From assembly GCF_964204865.1 (NCBI RefSeq), contig NC_135253.1:2728001-2792000 (forward strand): a stretch of 64,000 nt of DNA. Direction: 5' to 3'. The notes under the pieces are model-generated. The model had not been told where the DNA came from and searched no databases. It worked only from the letters and a program-made list of their open reading frames with translations. The stretch comes from Styela clava. Lineage: Eukaryota. A program made the position numbers and the translations under genes. This document shows positions 14,036 to 28,216 of the stretch, piece after piece; the stretch's first letter is position 1; every line of letters begins with the position of its first letter.

Positions 14036-14303
14036 CGAGAATATCGGTCGGAGACCGAAAACTTTTCGATCGAAACTGCGGTTTCGATTCATGACTTTAT
14101 GGTGACACCAAGTGTCCCATCACTAATTAGTTAATAACATGCTAATTATACGACATAATTCATCCAAAATCAATAGGCTTCTGGTCCGAGATATGATGAA
14201 TGCACATGCAAAATTTGGAGCAGATTTAACCACCTTCGTGAGATATCGCGTGCATCTAACAGACAGACAAACAGACAAATATCTATCAACATACTTATCG
14301 ATC
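14036..14303. mobile_element. Short element with (CAGA)n microsatellite and no TSD (DINE/Helentron-like); second copy at ~17920-18203
   Basis: Both copies begin aacgagaatatcggtc.gagaccgaa and end acagacaaata.ctatcaacatactta.cgat; the paralogous empty site at ~12636 shows no duplicated target. Confidence 0.55.
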
Positions 14304-14454
14304 TTTAGCGAGTGACGCAACTGCGACACGTTAGCACTAGACAGATAGCACAATCAATCATTAGGGACGTTACTTGACAATGCATTATAAGCCATCACCA
14401 ACAATTATGCTTGAATATTATCACAATACTTCTTTCCCATCTATGTCGGGAGAC

Positions 14455-14920
14455 TGACTATTGTACATATCGTCGTTGTGCTATACCTCTTTGTCCTGTG
14501 TATTGTACAAGAGTTTTATTTGTATATTTCATGTCTGTTGTCCTACTATAACGCAGCAGTCCTAAACTGCAGTTATACTTGTTGGGGTACATGTCGCACA
14601 TTCGTGTCTTATGCCTGTAAGGTCTTGAACATGTATCCCGTCTCTGTTATACCGTTTAATTATTATGCAGATACTGTTACATTTTTGTTCTGTCATATAT
14701 GTGTATGTCTGTGTATTGTACAAGAGTTTTATTTGTATATTTCATGTCTGTTGTTCTACTATAACGCAGCAGTCCTAAACTGCAGTTATACTTGTTGGGG
14801 TGCATGTCGCACATCCGTGTCTTAGGCCAGTAAGGTCTTGAACAAGTATCCCGTCTCTGTTATCTTATACCGTTTAATTAATATGCAGATACTGTTACAT
14901 TTTTGTTCTGTCATATATGA
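14455..14920 (+). repeat. Interspersed repeat with internal ~210-bp tandem duplication; further copy at ~34165-34400
   Basis: tgtattgtacaagagttttatttgtatatttcatgtctgttg..ataacgcagcagtcctaaactgcagttatacttg occurs twice here and once at ~34210-34300. Confidence 0.75.
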
Positions 14921-15842
14921 ATGGGGCGAAGATTTAGGCTACATTTTAGTGACGTGACGATTGTGAAACTTTCTTTTATTTAATCAATATTTATATAAGA
15001 ACCATAAAATTCTTCTCATCGTTAATACTGGGAAAGCGTCTTTGTTTGACTAGAACGGAAGATTACGTTCCACATTTCCTATTTATATGATAAAATAGAA
15101 TCTTTTGTAAACTTTATATTGGTAATATTGAAGATCTATTTTTTTTTTGTATTTCTAGAAACTAATGTAGATCACAGGACAATAGGAGATTTTATCTGAC
15201 AATTATTTTTAATTTAGCATTTCCTGAATTTGAAATAAATACTTAAGTAATATGATATTTCCTGTTAAAAAACAGGTTTGTATTGATTATAACGAATATG
15301 TGTGGTTTGGCATAGACCATTTTGGGGCATTTTCCTAGCTTTACTCATTAAATTAATTCCTGAACATGGTGATAGGAATTGACACGGTTCCGTAGTTTTG
15401 TGTTCTACTTGTTAGTCTTTTATATACTTGTATATATATGGAATCATATATGGAATTCAGGTATAAATGAAATTACACAGCTGTCTCCGGAGTTTAATCT
15501 CAGCTGCAATCAATAGGATCGGTAACGTGCGCAACATATACAGCCAAAAACATGCAAATACTTCTATATACATATAGAGCCATCAGGTGATTACAAACAT
15601 AGCCATTTCACATATACGTACTCTATTTATATGTTGTATGCCATTGCCTCGACATATGATATGCACAGCCATACGTTTTGAAACGCGCAATTTAAGAAGT
15701 CACCCACATCAAATGATCGCTCATATATTGAGTGCATTAAAAATAAGCTTACACAAACTCTATAAAACGGCTATTCATTTAAATAGGAGAAAGGGTTTAT
15801 AACAAGTGTAATAAATTGCTACGATATAAGCATCATATAGGC

Positions 15843-16320
15843 TAGTGTGTCCCAAACTTTTTTCTGCCAGCGCCCCCCCTGGATGACGTTTTAACTAGTA
15901 AGCGCCCCCCCCTGACAAAAAAGTCAAAGCAACTTTATTCTTCATTTATCTTTAGTATAATGTGAAGGTTGAGCCTGGTGAAATGCTACTAGTTTGATAT
16001 ATGGCTTCATTTCAGTCAAAAACAGTCTTGAGTCTCCTCGTCTGACACTGTCGAGGGAATCTCTCTTGATATGTAAAAGTGCGGTCACTGCACTAAATAC
16101 ACGCTCTACCAAGAATGAGCTGGCAAAAGCAATAAAAAAATATTTAAACCGATCTCACGCGTGAGGATATTTCAATTTTATTGCGTTTCCAAAAAGATGA
16201 AACACTGAAAGACTGTACATGGGTTTGGAAGTATAAGCCCAATGGTAGTGGTGCATGTCCGCTTCTGAAAATTCGGGGTTATCTAGAAAATGGAAACCAA
16301 AAATTTCTTAACTAGCTTCA
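15843..16320 (-). mobile_element. hAT transposon 3' fragment
   Basis: Terminal motif agtgtgtcccaaactttttt; minus-strand dimerisation-domain remnant FASSFLVERVFSAVTALL at ~16070-16130. Confidence 0.55.
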
Positions 16321-16902
16321 AAAAAATTATTTATTTGCGCTTGAACTTCTGTTTGCGTATGATATTCTCAGAAATTCCGCAAAATTTTCAACCACTCAGT
16401 TTTCTGCTGAAGCGCAGGGCATGGAAATGAAAGAGTTCAAACGGTGAATACAGAACATTACGTAGTTGTGCTAAGAAAAATCTGGACATCACTTGAGGGA
16501 TTGATAGAGGACGCCCCATACATGAAATCAGACGCTTGCTTTCTTGAGGAAAAAGTCAGAGCAATGACATCCAGTGGGCACCTCAATTATCGGATTGAAA
16601 CCTTTTGATATGTAGGGTGTTCGAGGGACCTTTGTATCGGAATATGGCCGGGAAAGAATTAGGGAACAGGAAAGTAAATAATTATCATAATCATCAATTA
16701 CGTTTCATTGTTTTGTATATCTTCTATTGACTACACAAAAATATTATTTCAGTAACACCGCTCTACTTGTTGTTTTGATCGCGAATGTTTTTTTAATTTT
16801 CATATATATATATATACACACACATATATATATATATATATACATATCACAAAATTAACAGTAAATCCATTATCTACAAAGAACAAAATCATCTAAGACT
16901 AC

Positions 16903-17057
16903 CTTTTCTGTCCCATGTTCTTGTATAGTGGTATTCAGACCACAGGATATTGTGAATGAAGTAACCCATTGATAAACATTCTCTTTCCCTTGTTTAATCA
17001 TTCCACTAACTAGTTCCGGTCTTCCGTAGTCAACTTGAAGTCATTCGGCCTTTTGAT
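16903..17057 (-). pseudogene. Orphan discoidin exon paralog with in-frame stop
   Basis: AG/GT-bounded exon translating DQKAE*LQVDYGRPELVSGMIKQGKENVYQWVTSFTISCGLNTTIQEHGTEK, homologous to exon 9024-8858; conserved Trp mutated to TGA. Confidence 0.8.
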
Positions 17058-19439
17058 CTGTCGGCAGGCAAGTAAAGTTTAATATTATAAAAAACAAAAA
17101 CTAGAGAGTGAATACTTTATTCAATTTATCAAAAATCAAGTATGTTTGAACTGTTACACCTTCTTTGCTACGTGTTATATACACGTATATGTTATTACTA
17201 ACTATGTCTGGCAGCTAACATCCCCAATCTCCCCTTTTAGATCAATTATCAAGCATCCCGTCATACGCATTATGATTTACGTCGTATATCGATACAGCTT
17301 TATTAGCTGAGTCTGGTATCTCTACTTCTCATTCCCATTTAACAGTATAAGCCTATGCTTCGAATATGAACAAAGAAATATCCTTAAAATGTAGGAAAGG
17401 GTGGGCCGAATAATCTGCGTGTTTCTTCTCCGGTACTATTTAACATACTTTAGCGGAGTGAACCCCAGCTGACTTCTTCAGAGGTCAATAAGCCCACCTT
17501 AGATTGTAATGCCAATGTTCGTATATTGTAAAGTCGTACGATCGATGTATAAATAGCAGATGAGGAAACACACGTAAATTCTTGACACGAATATATAGTG
17601 ATGGAACCAAAATTTCTAACTAAGCAAAAACGATAAAACAAAGACAAGCAACTCCTGGGCGAGGAAAGGTTTGTTCTTCGGACGGTTATTGTGAACCAAT
17701 CACATAAGGTATTCTTCCATAGTACATCCACAGGTGTCGGTGGTTTTTCCAAGCTTCTAAAGCAGTGGTTCCCAACTTTTATGACTCGTGACTCGCTTCC
17801 GGATGTTTTTAGCACTCATGACCCTCTGTTTATCATTACAATGGAATTTATAGTGTTGTTATGATTTGCAGATTCCAAATCCAATTATGTTCGAACAATT
17901 CATGCTCAACAAAATGAAAACGAGAATATCGGTCAGAGACCGAAGACTTATCGATCGAAAGTTAGGGGATACCCAAAACAGCGCTCTTACTCCATAGTGA
18001 CATCTTTGTCCCATCACTAATTAATTAATAACTCGCTAATTATACGACATAATTCGCCCAAAATCTGGTCCGAGATAAGATTAATGCACATGCAAAATCT
18101 GGAGCAGATTCAATCTCGCTTTCGTGAGATATCGCGTGCATCTAACATACATACAGACAGACAAATACCTATCAACATACTTACCGATTAAAATCGATAA
18201 GTAACAACCTGTGAAATAACCTTATCAAGTGTATCGTACCGGTATTCTATGAAATAATTATCCAAGTTCAGAATATCTTCCAATATGATCTGACGTCAAG
18301 TTTCCTCTCAATATTCACTTCAATTTATGCTATTTTATTCTATTTATTAATTATTAATCTTAGTACAACCAAATACTCCAAACTCCACAAAACAGAAAGG
18401 GTACAACGATAAAAACAAAGATACACAACACTTGAACATCACTGACAATAACCAATTCCGTAGTACAACCTATAGCAAAACACCAAACCAACTGCAATTG
18501 CACTACACTCAAACAATAAAATCATCCTATTGACCAATATTAGAATATCCAAATCCGTCATAAACAATAAAATCGAAAATGGGTACCCTTCTCAAGAACT
18601 AACAATAATATAACAGACACAAGAAAAACCTAAAACACTAAAAATTCAACTAAAACAACCACAACTGCACTGCTGCAAACCACAGCATAGAAGGGTTGTC
18701 AACTTTATGTTAAACCATTCCGGGACACTCTTATGTCTAGAATTTGAAAATTGACGCAACAGAAGCTTGGGAAACACGAAAGACATCAGAGGCAACAGTG
18801 CGCGCTGGGCGTCAAAAAGAGATGATCGTGCAGCGTTATTTTCACACACACAACCTTAAGCCTGTAAATAATTTTATCATAATCAAAGAAACTTGTGAAA
18901 TGTTGACTATTTGAGGCAGGAATGAAAAAAAAAACTAAAACACGGAAAATGTGCAATTTGTGCCAAAGTAGATTTAATTATTTAACAGAAACACAAAAAA
19001 TCAGTCTTCATCGTGTTTGAATTTGTATTTTTCTTGTGATTTGTCGCTTCAAGAAGATCTTTGTTAGTTTTCACAAGTGAATTTTCATTTCCTGTTCCTG
19101 CCAAAAGTTTATATTAAAATTCATAATTCCTACGGGAATATAATAATCAATGAACTCTCGCTACGACAAAGAGCTGTCAGCATGACGTCCTATAATATAA
19201 GGCTATTCGAGCCTGAAAACTGACCGAATAATGAAAACCAACTCATAAAAGGGCCTCACACTAGCAGTGCATTATTGCCTAAACTAAAAATAAGAAACGC
19301 AAAATATTGTTACACACCGCAACTTTAATAACTAAATTTTTCAACAAATCTCACTGGATTAAGTTTTTAAAGCTTTGTCTTACTGTACTATTAAATAAAA
19401 AAGCAACATTTAAACTATTTTTAGTTTCACTTTTTTTTT

Positions 19440-20350
19440 TAATTAAATGAAGAGAGAGATTCCATCGTGAACAAATTTATGCAGGTGCGTCAAGAAATAA
19501 AACTGATGTTCGATAGTTTGGATCATTGCAAAATAGCAAATGTGAGCGCTCCGAGGATCCAACGATTCAATACTCAACTGCCGATGAATATATCAAGAAG
19601 TTTTTTATGTAATAAGGAAGGACATTTTAAAAGAGACTGCCCGTGTTGCAATAAAATTGGAGATAGTTTCGGTAGGTGTAACCGCAGAAATATTTTGGAT
19701 CGAGATGGAAACAATTTTCCACGGCACAAAAATTGTAAACTTTGTCGTGAAGAGCGGTGGGTTGCCGTTAGAAGCGCCTTTGCCCAGTAAAGCTCGTAAA
19801 TTAGCAAAATTAGAAGTATTTTAAATTGTAAATGTTTAGACATCAACCACCTCTTTGTGAAGCATGGAAATGCAGACGAAGTCAGTCGAAAGACACTTCT
19901 AAGACATCTTGCGAAATGTGATGCTCGTTTAGACTTTTCATGGAAAATAGATTTTGACATACCAGCGGGAAGGGTGAACTCCATAGGATTCTGTTGAGAT
20001 TTGGGGTATGCAGATGGCAATCCGAGTGCAATGCAAAAACAGACCCGAATTTGTCAGAGGTATTCCATTGGATTATTGCAAGTTGGATTTGTTTTATTTA
20101 CAATTGATGGTTCCTGACTCAATGATGAATAAAATTCTGCGTTTTACGCATGATAATTTTCACGGAGGTGAACATTTGGGTATTGACAATACTTGTGGTA
20201 AAGATTGTGATTTAGCAAAAATGTTGTCCACAAATCCAAGTGCTCCATTAATTACATCTATATAGTGAGTTGCGGCATCTGCAATGAATTGGGATTAAAG
20301 TAGTCTGCGTTTTACGAGCACTGGCAATTGTTATTTATTAGGGGTAACAA
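19440..20350 (+). mobile_element. Gypsy relic (gag zinc knuckle + integrase remnant), inverted paralog of 3370-4430
   Basis: CNKEGHFKRDC CCHC knuckle in ORF 19467-19790; LQLMVPDSMMNKILRFTHDNFHGGEHLGIDNT in ORF 20008-20265; nucleotide match to the reverse complement of 3370-4430. Confidence 0.7.
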
Positions 20351-20389
20351 ACCCGTTTCAACCCCACAAGTTGGGATGTTGCCCTATAC

Positions 20390-22110
20390 CAGTGGTTCAT
20401 AAACTGGGGGGCGCGAGATGCTCACAGGGGGGCGCGAGAGGTCACAAGATGGAGTCGGAAATTTACATGTAACGGCTCCTGAAACGGTCTCCGCGTTCGT
20501 TGAAAATACCGCCTTTTTTCGTGTTATAATAAATTTTTCTGTCTCGTAATAACTACAATAATTCAAAATGTCTCACTATTTTAATTCATTCGTGTTCAAG
20601 GTAACTCGCGGTTGCGGCGACTCACGACAAAATAGACTCATTACCTATCTAAAACACCACGCCAATCCGCGGACATAATAAAGTGTGATCAACTGCCCGA
20701 TTATATTTAGTTTTTATATATATTGCACTCATGCGAATTCGTTGTCGTCATTAGAAAAATCTGGTATAATATCCCAGAAAGTATATTTAATTTAGTACAA
20801 TTAACATACATGTAAAGTATATTAGTAGATGAAAAATACATATTCATCGGAACGAAATCCCCGCGGTACGGTTTCTGAGTCAGTCCTCGAGATTACGCCA
20901 GTCGTTACAAGAGCAGACTTTTTCAGACGGATATGTAATGGTTTTTCTGTAGAATGAAATGTTCAATTCATGATTGATATACTTATTTAAAATGGTTGCT
21001 TTATTCATTTAATTGTGATAAATTAAATCTGCGATTGCGTCGATAAAATAAAAGCACCAGTACTCCAAAATAACACGGTAATCCGCAACCATAAAAATGT
21101 CGATTACATTTTGTTTTGATTTGTATTCTTGCCAATTTCACCAATATGAGCTGTCCCTGCAACTCTTACTCCGCTCTATCGCAATGCCGCTACTCGATTA
21201 ATTTCAAGATATCACCGTTACAGATATTCCTAAGTCTGCGATTCCACGGAGTAAAATTTATATCAAGTCTGTAGTTTTAGAACACTACTGGTGTGCCGCA
21301 CGCACAAAGAATTTATGAGATTTTCAATGTCTAATAAAGTGTTTTTAGTCTGTCGCGGTCCACCCCAAAACAGAACTCATGGCGTTTTCCGTTTTATTTT
21401 TAGTATTTTATAATGCCACTGTTACAATAAATAAAATTTTAGTTACGGATTCACTTCTTTATTCTATCTTTAGCATCTTGTCGCTGATGATTATAATAAA
21501 AACTAACTCGTTTCCCTCAGAGGTGTCATGGTCATGGTTCCATTCGAGAACAAAAAAAAGTAATTATAATCGTCTTCGCGGCACAAGAATATCTCGAGGG
21601 AAATTTCGGATTTAGGAAAAATAAACACCGAAATCAAGATTTTTAGGGCTTAAATAACACGCCACGCTGATGTAAACAATGGAGATTTAAACAAAATGCA
21701 TTTGCAAACGCCCTAGCGACAACAATTGATTGAAATTTTACGTGTCCTATGTAAACGTTTAAGAAGAAAATACATTAAAGCATAGGTTTATTGCCTGTTT
21801 AGTTTTGCTTAATAATTAGTTTGACTTTGCCAAGTATTGCAAACTGAGCGGAAAAACGAGAATGTATGATGACCAACCACTATTTGGCTTTATACATACG
21901 ACAGTGAATGGCGAAGTTGTACCCCGAAGCGTTTTATGCCTAAACCATCTGAGCAATGACGCTGTGAGACCAACACTCAGTTATAGCGCCATCTTAATAT
22001 ATAGCAACCTGCCCATCACAAAAGCATTTTTTCAAAGCAAAAAGAGAGGGGCGCGAAGTTTGTAAAATTTTTCAAATGGGGGCGCGGCTCAAAAAGTTCA
22101 AGAACCACTG
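20390..22110 (+). mobile_element. Non-autonomous hAT (Buster/ZBED5-like) element
   Basis: TIRs cagtggttc / gaaccactg; perfect 8-bp TSD CCCTATAC; N-terminal transposase remnant FGFIHTTVNGEVVPRSVLCLNHLSNDAVRP at 21862-21980. Confidence 0.8.
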
Positions 22111-22487
22111 CCCTATACGAAAGATGTTTAACTGTTCATGGCAATACAGAATCGGTACATTTGGAACGAGAAGAAAATTTCGAAAGCAGAATCTCTGTCG
22201 ATTTAGGTCGAAAAAGGGGATTCAATAAGACTGGCACTGCCCCATATCTTCCGGCCGGAAATGGCGCGTTAAAAAATCGATCAAGGCTGTAATACGAATA
22301 TTGCGAAACTACGTTAACAAAACCCCACAACTGGGAATTTTGCGCTTCCGTTGTAGTAAAGTACAATGCCAGTGTCCGTGCTAGCACTGAGATGACTCCG
22401 CACTGTTTGTTAACTGTTAACTACTTGTGTATCCATGTGGATCAATTGCATGATCATTCACGACGATCGAGTTTTGAGACCCTAGAT

Positions 22488-23200
22488 CAGGGTTGTCCAA
22501 CCTTTTTGGCAAAGGGCCACATTTAGTTTACGAATGATTGCGCGGGCCACTTGACATGGTTGTTATGTTCTAGCTTTCGCTACAATGACTACTGATTAAT
22601 GAAAAAACAAACAAAAAAAACATCACACCAATATTATAAAAACAATGAAAATACGAAGATACAGTTAGGTCAAAAATTTTTACCACACATAGATATTTTA
22701 ATGCCAAGTATGACACCGCCTTTATCCAGTAAGTTTGTCAATATTCGGTGCGATGGACGATGCAGCCATGCATAGCGAATTTTTCATATGACTATCAGAA
22801 ATTAGTGATCTCGCGGGAGATTTGACATGGTGCATCCGCAAAAAAACTTGCTCGTACAAATAACTGCTGTCAAATATTAAGGTCATAAAAAATGCTTCTT
22901 CTAACTTCACAGAAAAAAAAAGGAAAAACAGATTGAAATACAAGGCAGACGATAAAAATAAATTCAAACATTTATTTCCAGCAATAAAGCTCACAAATGG
23001 ACATAAATAAGAAATAAGCTTTCGATAGCTGGATGGTACTTCTCGAGCGTTTGAATGACCAGGAATAACTTTCTTATCAGAGTTTTCAATAACGGCCCAT
23101 ATTTGTGAAAGGCATTGTGATTCGGAGATAACCGCGCGGGCCACTCGGAAACCTTCGGCGTTTCGCATGTGGCCCGCAGGCCACGGGTTGGACGACCCTG
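22488..23200 (-). mobile_element. hAT (Charlie/GTF2IRD2-like) deletion derivative retaining the transposase C-terminus
   Basis: TIRs cagggttgtccaa / ttggacgaccctg; perfect TSD CCCTAGAT; FDSSYLYEQVFLRMHHVKSPARSLISDSHMKNSL. Confidence 0.85.
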
Positions 23201-24799
23201 CCCTAGATGTTGATCTGCATCGCGAAATATCGTTTGTCACATCGATGGGATCGTATAAAATATAGATACCACAAAAGTGCGGTAACGCGTCAACATTGCG
23301 TTGGAGACCTAGTTCTTGTCCCCAGCTGTGCCACCCGGCGGAAACAGGAGCTTAAATGCCATACACAGGTCTATACGTCGATATGCGCGTTTTATCTCGA
23401 GTGACGTATAGCATGCGCAGTGGTAAAACTATAAGCGTTCATATCAAGTGTCTTTAACATACTAAAGGAAATTTTGATAGAACAACCGATGATTGCAATG
23501 CATGCACAACCTACAGAATAGCCCAGAGCCAGAAATATTAGGATTTTATTTTGATTCGGTTTTAAAGAGAACTAGATAAAATCGTCCCGTCAGAAGTCGA
23601 GGAAGACCCGCATTTTATCCCGATGTTGTAAAGCACAATATTTGTAGTTTACTTCACGAGTGTTCGGATTTTTCACGCATTTGTAATTTGTATGTAAGTA
23701 TAGCACCAGTTACACTGATTTGATATCCTTACTAGAATACAATTTTTTATAATTTAGTTGTATGCTTTTTTCGTTTGAGCTTGGTGTTATTTTGGTATAT
23801 ATCCAGTATTTGATACTTTGCATGTGCAGCATGACCAGAAGATCATGACATTTAATTGAGGGACTGTGTGATGGGATTTGTCTGTGTGTCGTTTACCCTT
23901 TTGTTTTTGTCATTCGATTCATTATCTGTTTGATGATGATTGCTGCCAAAATCAAAAGCCAGGAGGCATCGTCGGTCACATTTTTGACCTTGATATTGAG
24001 CACTCCAGACAGGTCAACCATAATCTATTGAATTACTAAGCGAGACATTTTTATTGAGAGCTGTGCTAAAGCTGGTACATTTCTGAATGCAATTGCACTG
24101 CGTATTCATTTACCATCTAAATAACATTTTCTATATTTTTCTGAAGGATACCCAAAAACGAAATAAACAAGACTCAATTGCTGACTTCATTCAAACTCGC
24201 AGAGCAGAGAAGAAATTGGAAAAGTGAACTTGTATGAAGATTAATCGATGCTTTACTATTTAGCTTGGGATCCGAATAAAGAAGGCTTAAGTTGCTAGTT
24301 GCAATGATAAAAATGATCGCGTGTTTTAGCTCAAAGTAAAGCAAACACCTATTTATTCCATTAGCATTCCGAGCACCTCTGATGAAATCTGCCTTGGATC
24401 AATGGTACTTTCCTGTCAATCTTTTTCCAATCATGTGCTCATGAGCCTATTTATTTTTATTCAAGTTCAATCACGATAAGGTCTATAGCACTAAACTAAA
24501 AGCAGTATTGAAACAACATGCTGACACTTATGCTACAATATAAGTTATCCTTGCAGCAGAGATGTTAACATATACGACTGGTGTGTTGTTTATCACTCAT
24601 TCAGAGTGTCAAAAATTAGAAACCAAATTTCTTTGTTCAACTATTTCTTGCAGGACAATTCATGGGTTATTTAAACTTTTATGTAAAGAATCCCAGAATT
24701 CCTTCGCGTAAACATGTTAGGTTAAAATATAGATGATTGCGGTGAATTTCATTGAATTTCATTTCATTTCATTTCATTTCCTGATATTCTGCTGTTTCC

Positions 24800-25510
24800 T
24801 ATCTCCTGCTGTTCATAAGAAATTAAAACTGAACCCGTTAAAATCTACTGAAAGAAAATTGGCAAAATTCGTTTGGAGATTATTGCAGGAGGACTAGACC
24901 AATGAAGCTACAGGTTAGCTATTGAGAATAACTGATTCTTCAGCTCCATTGCTATACGGACTACCCAAAATTCATAAGGAAAGTTTCCCTCTTTAGACCC
25001 ATAATATCATTCATAGGATCACCAACGTACGAACTTTCCCAATTTTTTAGCGAATTAATCAGCCTATTGGTAAAAAATTCGGAAAGACATGTCAAGAACT
25101 CTAAAGGTTTTGTTGACAAAATTCTCCATACAACGGTAGCTCCTGATAAAATTATGGTATCCTCTGACGTCGTTTCACTGTTCACCAATGTCAGATTGAA
25201 GTGGTGCTAAGAGTAACCCGGAAACGATTAGAAAACGACATTACGTTTAAGAAGAGAATAAACATTCAATCGACCAAATTTGTGAAACCCTAACAAGTTG
25301 TTCCAGCGCAGCGAATTTAAGTTTTAGAAGGGAACAATATCAACAAATTTTCGAAACAGCCATGGGTTTTCCTGTTTCGATCGTGGTGGCTAATATGGTT
25401 ATGGAGGAAGTAGAGGAAAGAGCCTTAACGTCTTTCCCTAAGAGCCCAAGAATTTGGGAAAAGTATGTTGACGAAACCTTTAACATTACCAAAAAAGATA
25501 TGGTTCGCAA
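24800..25510 (+). mobile_element. Penelope-like element reverse transcriptase fragment
   Basis: SAPLLYGLPKIHK..RPIISFIGSPTYELS..HVKNS..MVSSDVVSLFTNV..TAMGFPVS..VANMVMEEVE..WEKYVDET, with frameshifts. Confidence 0.8.
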
Positions 25511-26363
25511 GGGAATTGCTTAGTCGCTGAATAAAAACTACATTTACCTCTCTTTTCATTGGTCCCGCAAAGTTAAATAAATATGAAAAATGAACAGGTC
25601 CAATTATGCAAAGAAAAATAAGGGTCCGAACCTTCCTCTAGTCTTGGTAATAACTGCGTACTCTGTCGTTCGCAGATCAGTTTTAGCTGTACCATCAGTT
25701 CAAGTGCCTTAGCATCAGCAGTGGTTATGAACTATATATTTAAAAAATTTTGATCTAACATAGATGAAAATAACTAAAAAAAAATACCTTTAATATATTG
25801 CATGCAGTAAAAATTTATCTCCGCATGTTTAGGAGATTCCACCAAAAGATTAAGGCAAATCCTACTTAGATAGTATCAAAATTGCAAATAAGTTTTGTCA
25901 ACTTCGTGATAGTGACGATAGATTATTCACCTGGTAAATATTTTAAATTTTCCGATATAAATCAAGAAAAGTGTCCTGCTTAGAAAATGTAAAGAGCTGT
26001 TAGCACTCTTATGTGCGGAATTTAATAACAATATGAAGATGAAATTTCGAGTGGACACGGCGACTGGTCAATATTTTAATTTATGTGTGCAGCGTACAAC
26101 GTGTACGTTTTGTTAAATTTCACCAATCTTCTCAGAGTGTGAGGCAAGAGAGCATTCAAATTCTATATTTTTTGTGGCCACTGTCCAAACCGCCAGCTGG
26201 AGAAAGCAAATCTTTCTCGAGAAAATCGATAATTTCATCAGCTTCATGGCATAGATAAACAGTGTGAAACGAATAATTTTAAATGTTCTGTATAATGTTT
26301 GCCGGTCTTTAAATATCAGTTCAAAAACAGGCGTGTTGTTAGCCTAAAACTGCATATAATGAT

Positions 26364-27571
26364 TAGGGATGGCGGAATTGACTCCGGATTTCATTCCAGA
26401 TTCGATTCTTTGTGGAATCGATTCCGGTGCATTGAAATCGATTCTTAGGGTTAAAACTTGGTTTGCAAACAAGTATTCACGTTCTGTGACAAGTTCTTCA
26501 CAAATATGTATGTATAAACTAATCTATGGAGTTGCCACAACGCCGCAAACTTAACTATATTTTTACGATGTCTTTCTCACTCGTTTGCGCTGGTTGAGGG
26601 CACATGCCACTTTAGGCCATTTTTGTATATTTCCTCTTATTTATTGCGTTCATTACGTCTATTTACTTGGAGCAAGGGGCATCAAGAAAAGTGAAAAGCT
26701 TATTGCAGTTTATAGGAAGTTTTACACCTAGGAAAGGAAACAGTCTGCAGTCAACAGACCGGAATAGCAAAATAACTCTTCCCTAGAAATAATGGAGCAT
26801 GTATTGAAAATATAATTAGTGATGGTATGGGTATCTCTGAAATGACTGGCGGTGACATTGGTGAATTGACCAGGGAGGTGGAGGCTTGAGATGAAATATA
26901 AAAATATTTGAATGACAGAATTCTTGTCATATCTATGACCCACGAAGAAATAATGCAATGGTGGCAACAAAGCAACAACAAAAAACGTATCCAAACATCG
27001 CAGTTGCCGCCTAAAAGTACCTCTGTGTCCCAGCAACATCCGCTGCATCGGAAAAGGCATTTAGCTCAGAGTAGCTTTCCATATCCAAATTCCGATCGAG
27101 CTTACAGGAATTCATGTGAACGAATTGAACTTTTTACTATGACAGTAATTGTTTGACACAAAGTGGACATTATCGTTTTGTTATTTAGGTATTATATCTT
27201 TGTTAGAATTCATTTTTTTGTTTTTGTTATGAAAAATATCTTTTATCATTACCTACTGTACCAATTGCTGGAAAACTTTCAGTGTACATTTTTGTTTTCC
27301 AATTTGCCGCTAGAAGGCTATTAAGTTTATTTGGTTCAAGATTTTTTGGGGGCTCTAAGGGATTCGTTTTTTTTTTGTGTGCGATTTTGTCTACTGTGAT
27401 GGATTGAAAACCCATACTACTTGGTTTAGGCTTTCGTGTTTGATTCGCTAGTATTGTTTAGGTATGTATGTTTTCTTGGTAAGCTACATCGAGGAATCGA
27501 GAATTGGAATCGAAAATTTAGGAATTGGATAAGAATCGAATACTTGTAAGTACTCATACTTAGCATCCTTA
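26364..27571 (+). mobile_element. hAT (Ac-type) deletion derivative
   Basis: Termini tagggatg / catcctta; TSD ATAATGAT/ATAATGAC; dimerisation-domain remnant (MQWWQQ..KYLCVPATSAASEKAFS) at 26950-27070; empty site seen at ~5935-5945. Confidence 0.8.
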
Positions 27572-28216
27572 ATAATGACTAAAAAGTCCTAATCCGCTAG
27601 CCTAAAAATTGTTTCCAATAATAAGCAAAACGGATTAAATACACTCATTGCAATGTGTGATTCTATCTATTCTATCAATGATATGTTTCTATCGCCATTT
27701 CTTTTCAGAAATATGTAATTTCTTCCTGTTTGCCATTTTTTCATGCAATGTAATAACACTGCATATTGTGTGTTGATAGTCAGGCAAAGTTCGAGGCTAG
27801 ATGTAATACGTAAATTTCTGTACTTCAATGTTGTGGACCAAATAAAGAAGTGTTCGCGGAGGGAGTTTCCCATTTTTAGAATTTGGAGGAAAGGCTTCCA
27901 CAACGAAATAAATCTGACATACAAAGATGAGCTCTTGCATAATTCTATAATGACAATTAAATATTTTTGCAGCTTGAAAGCTGAAAAAAGATCGCTACGG
28001 CGTGGAATATACCCTTAGTTTACGTACTGGTGCGATAGGGTTTTCCGTGTGTTTCCAGGGAGATCTTGAGGACTTTATGAGATAATATATTCGATTCTCA
28101 TTGCGCTTGTGTGGATGCCTCACCAGAGTTGGGGAAGCACGTGGTGATTATTTGTTGAGATAGTGAAACTAAATTGGACATCAAGGATGTTCGAGGAAAT
28201 AATTACGACTTACAGC

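Larger units (their letters stand above)
12500..14345 (+). repeat. Local direct duplication (12500-12680 vs 13900-14345), the second copy interrupted by an insertion
   Basis: cttggttatatgttaagt...cagcaacagaacaaac and gcaactgcgacacgttagcactagacaga are present in both copies. Confidence 0.75.

Noticed and set aside
14478-14825. Cys-rich repeat protein ORF (also 34189-34374)
   Set aside because: Arises from a tandemly duplicated interspersed repeat; no splice or domain support
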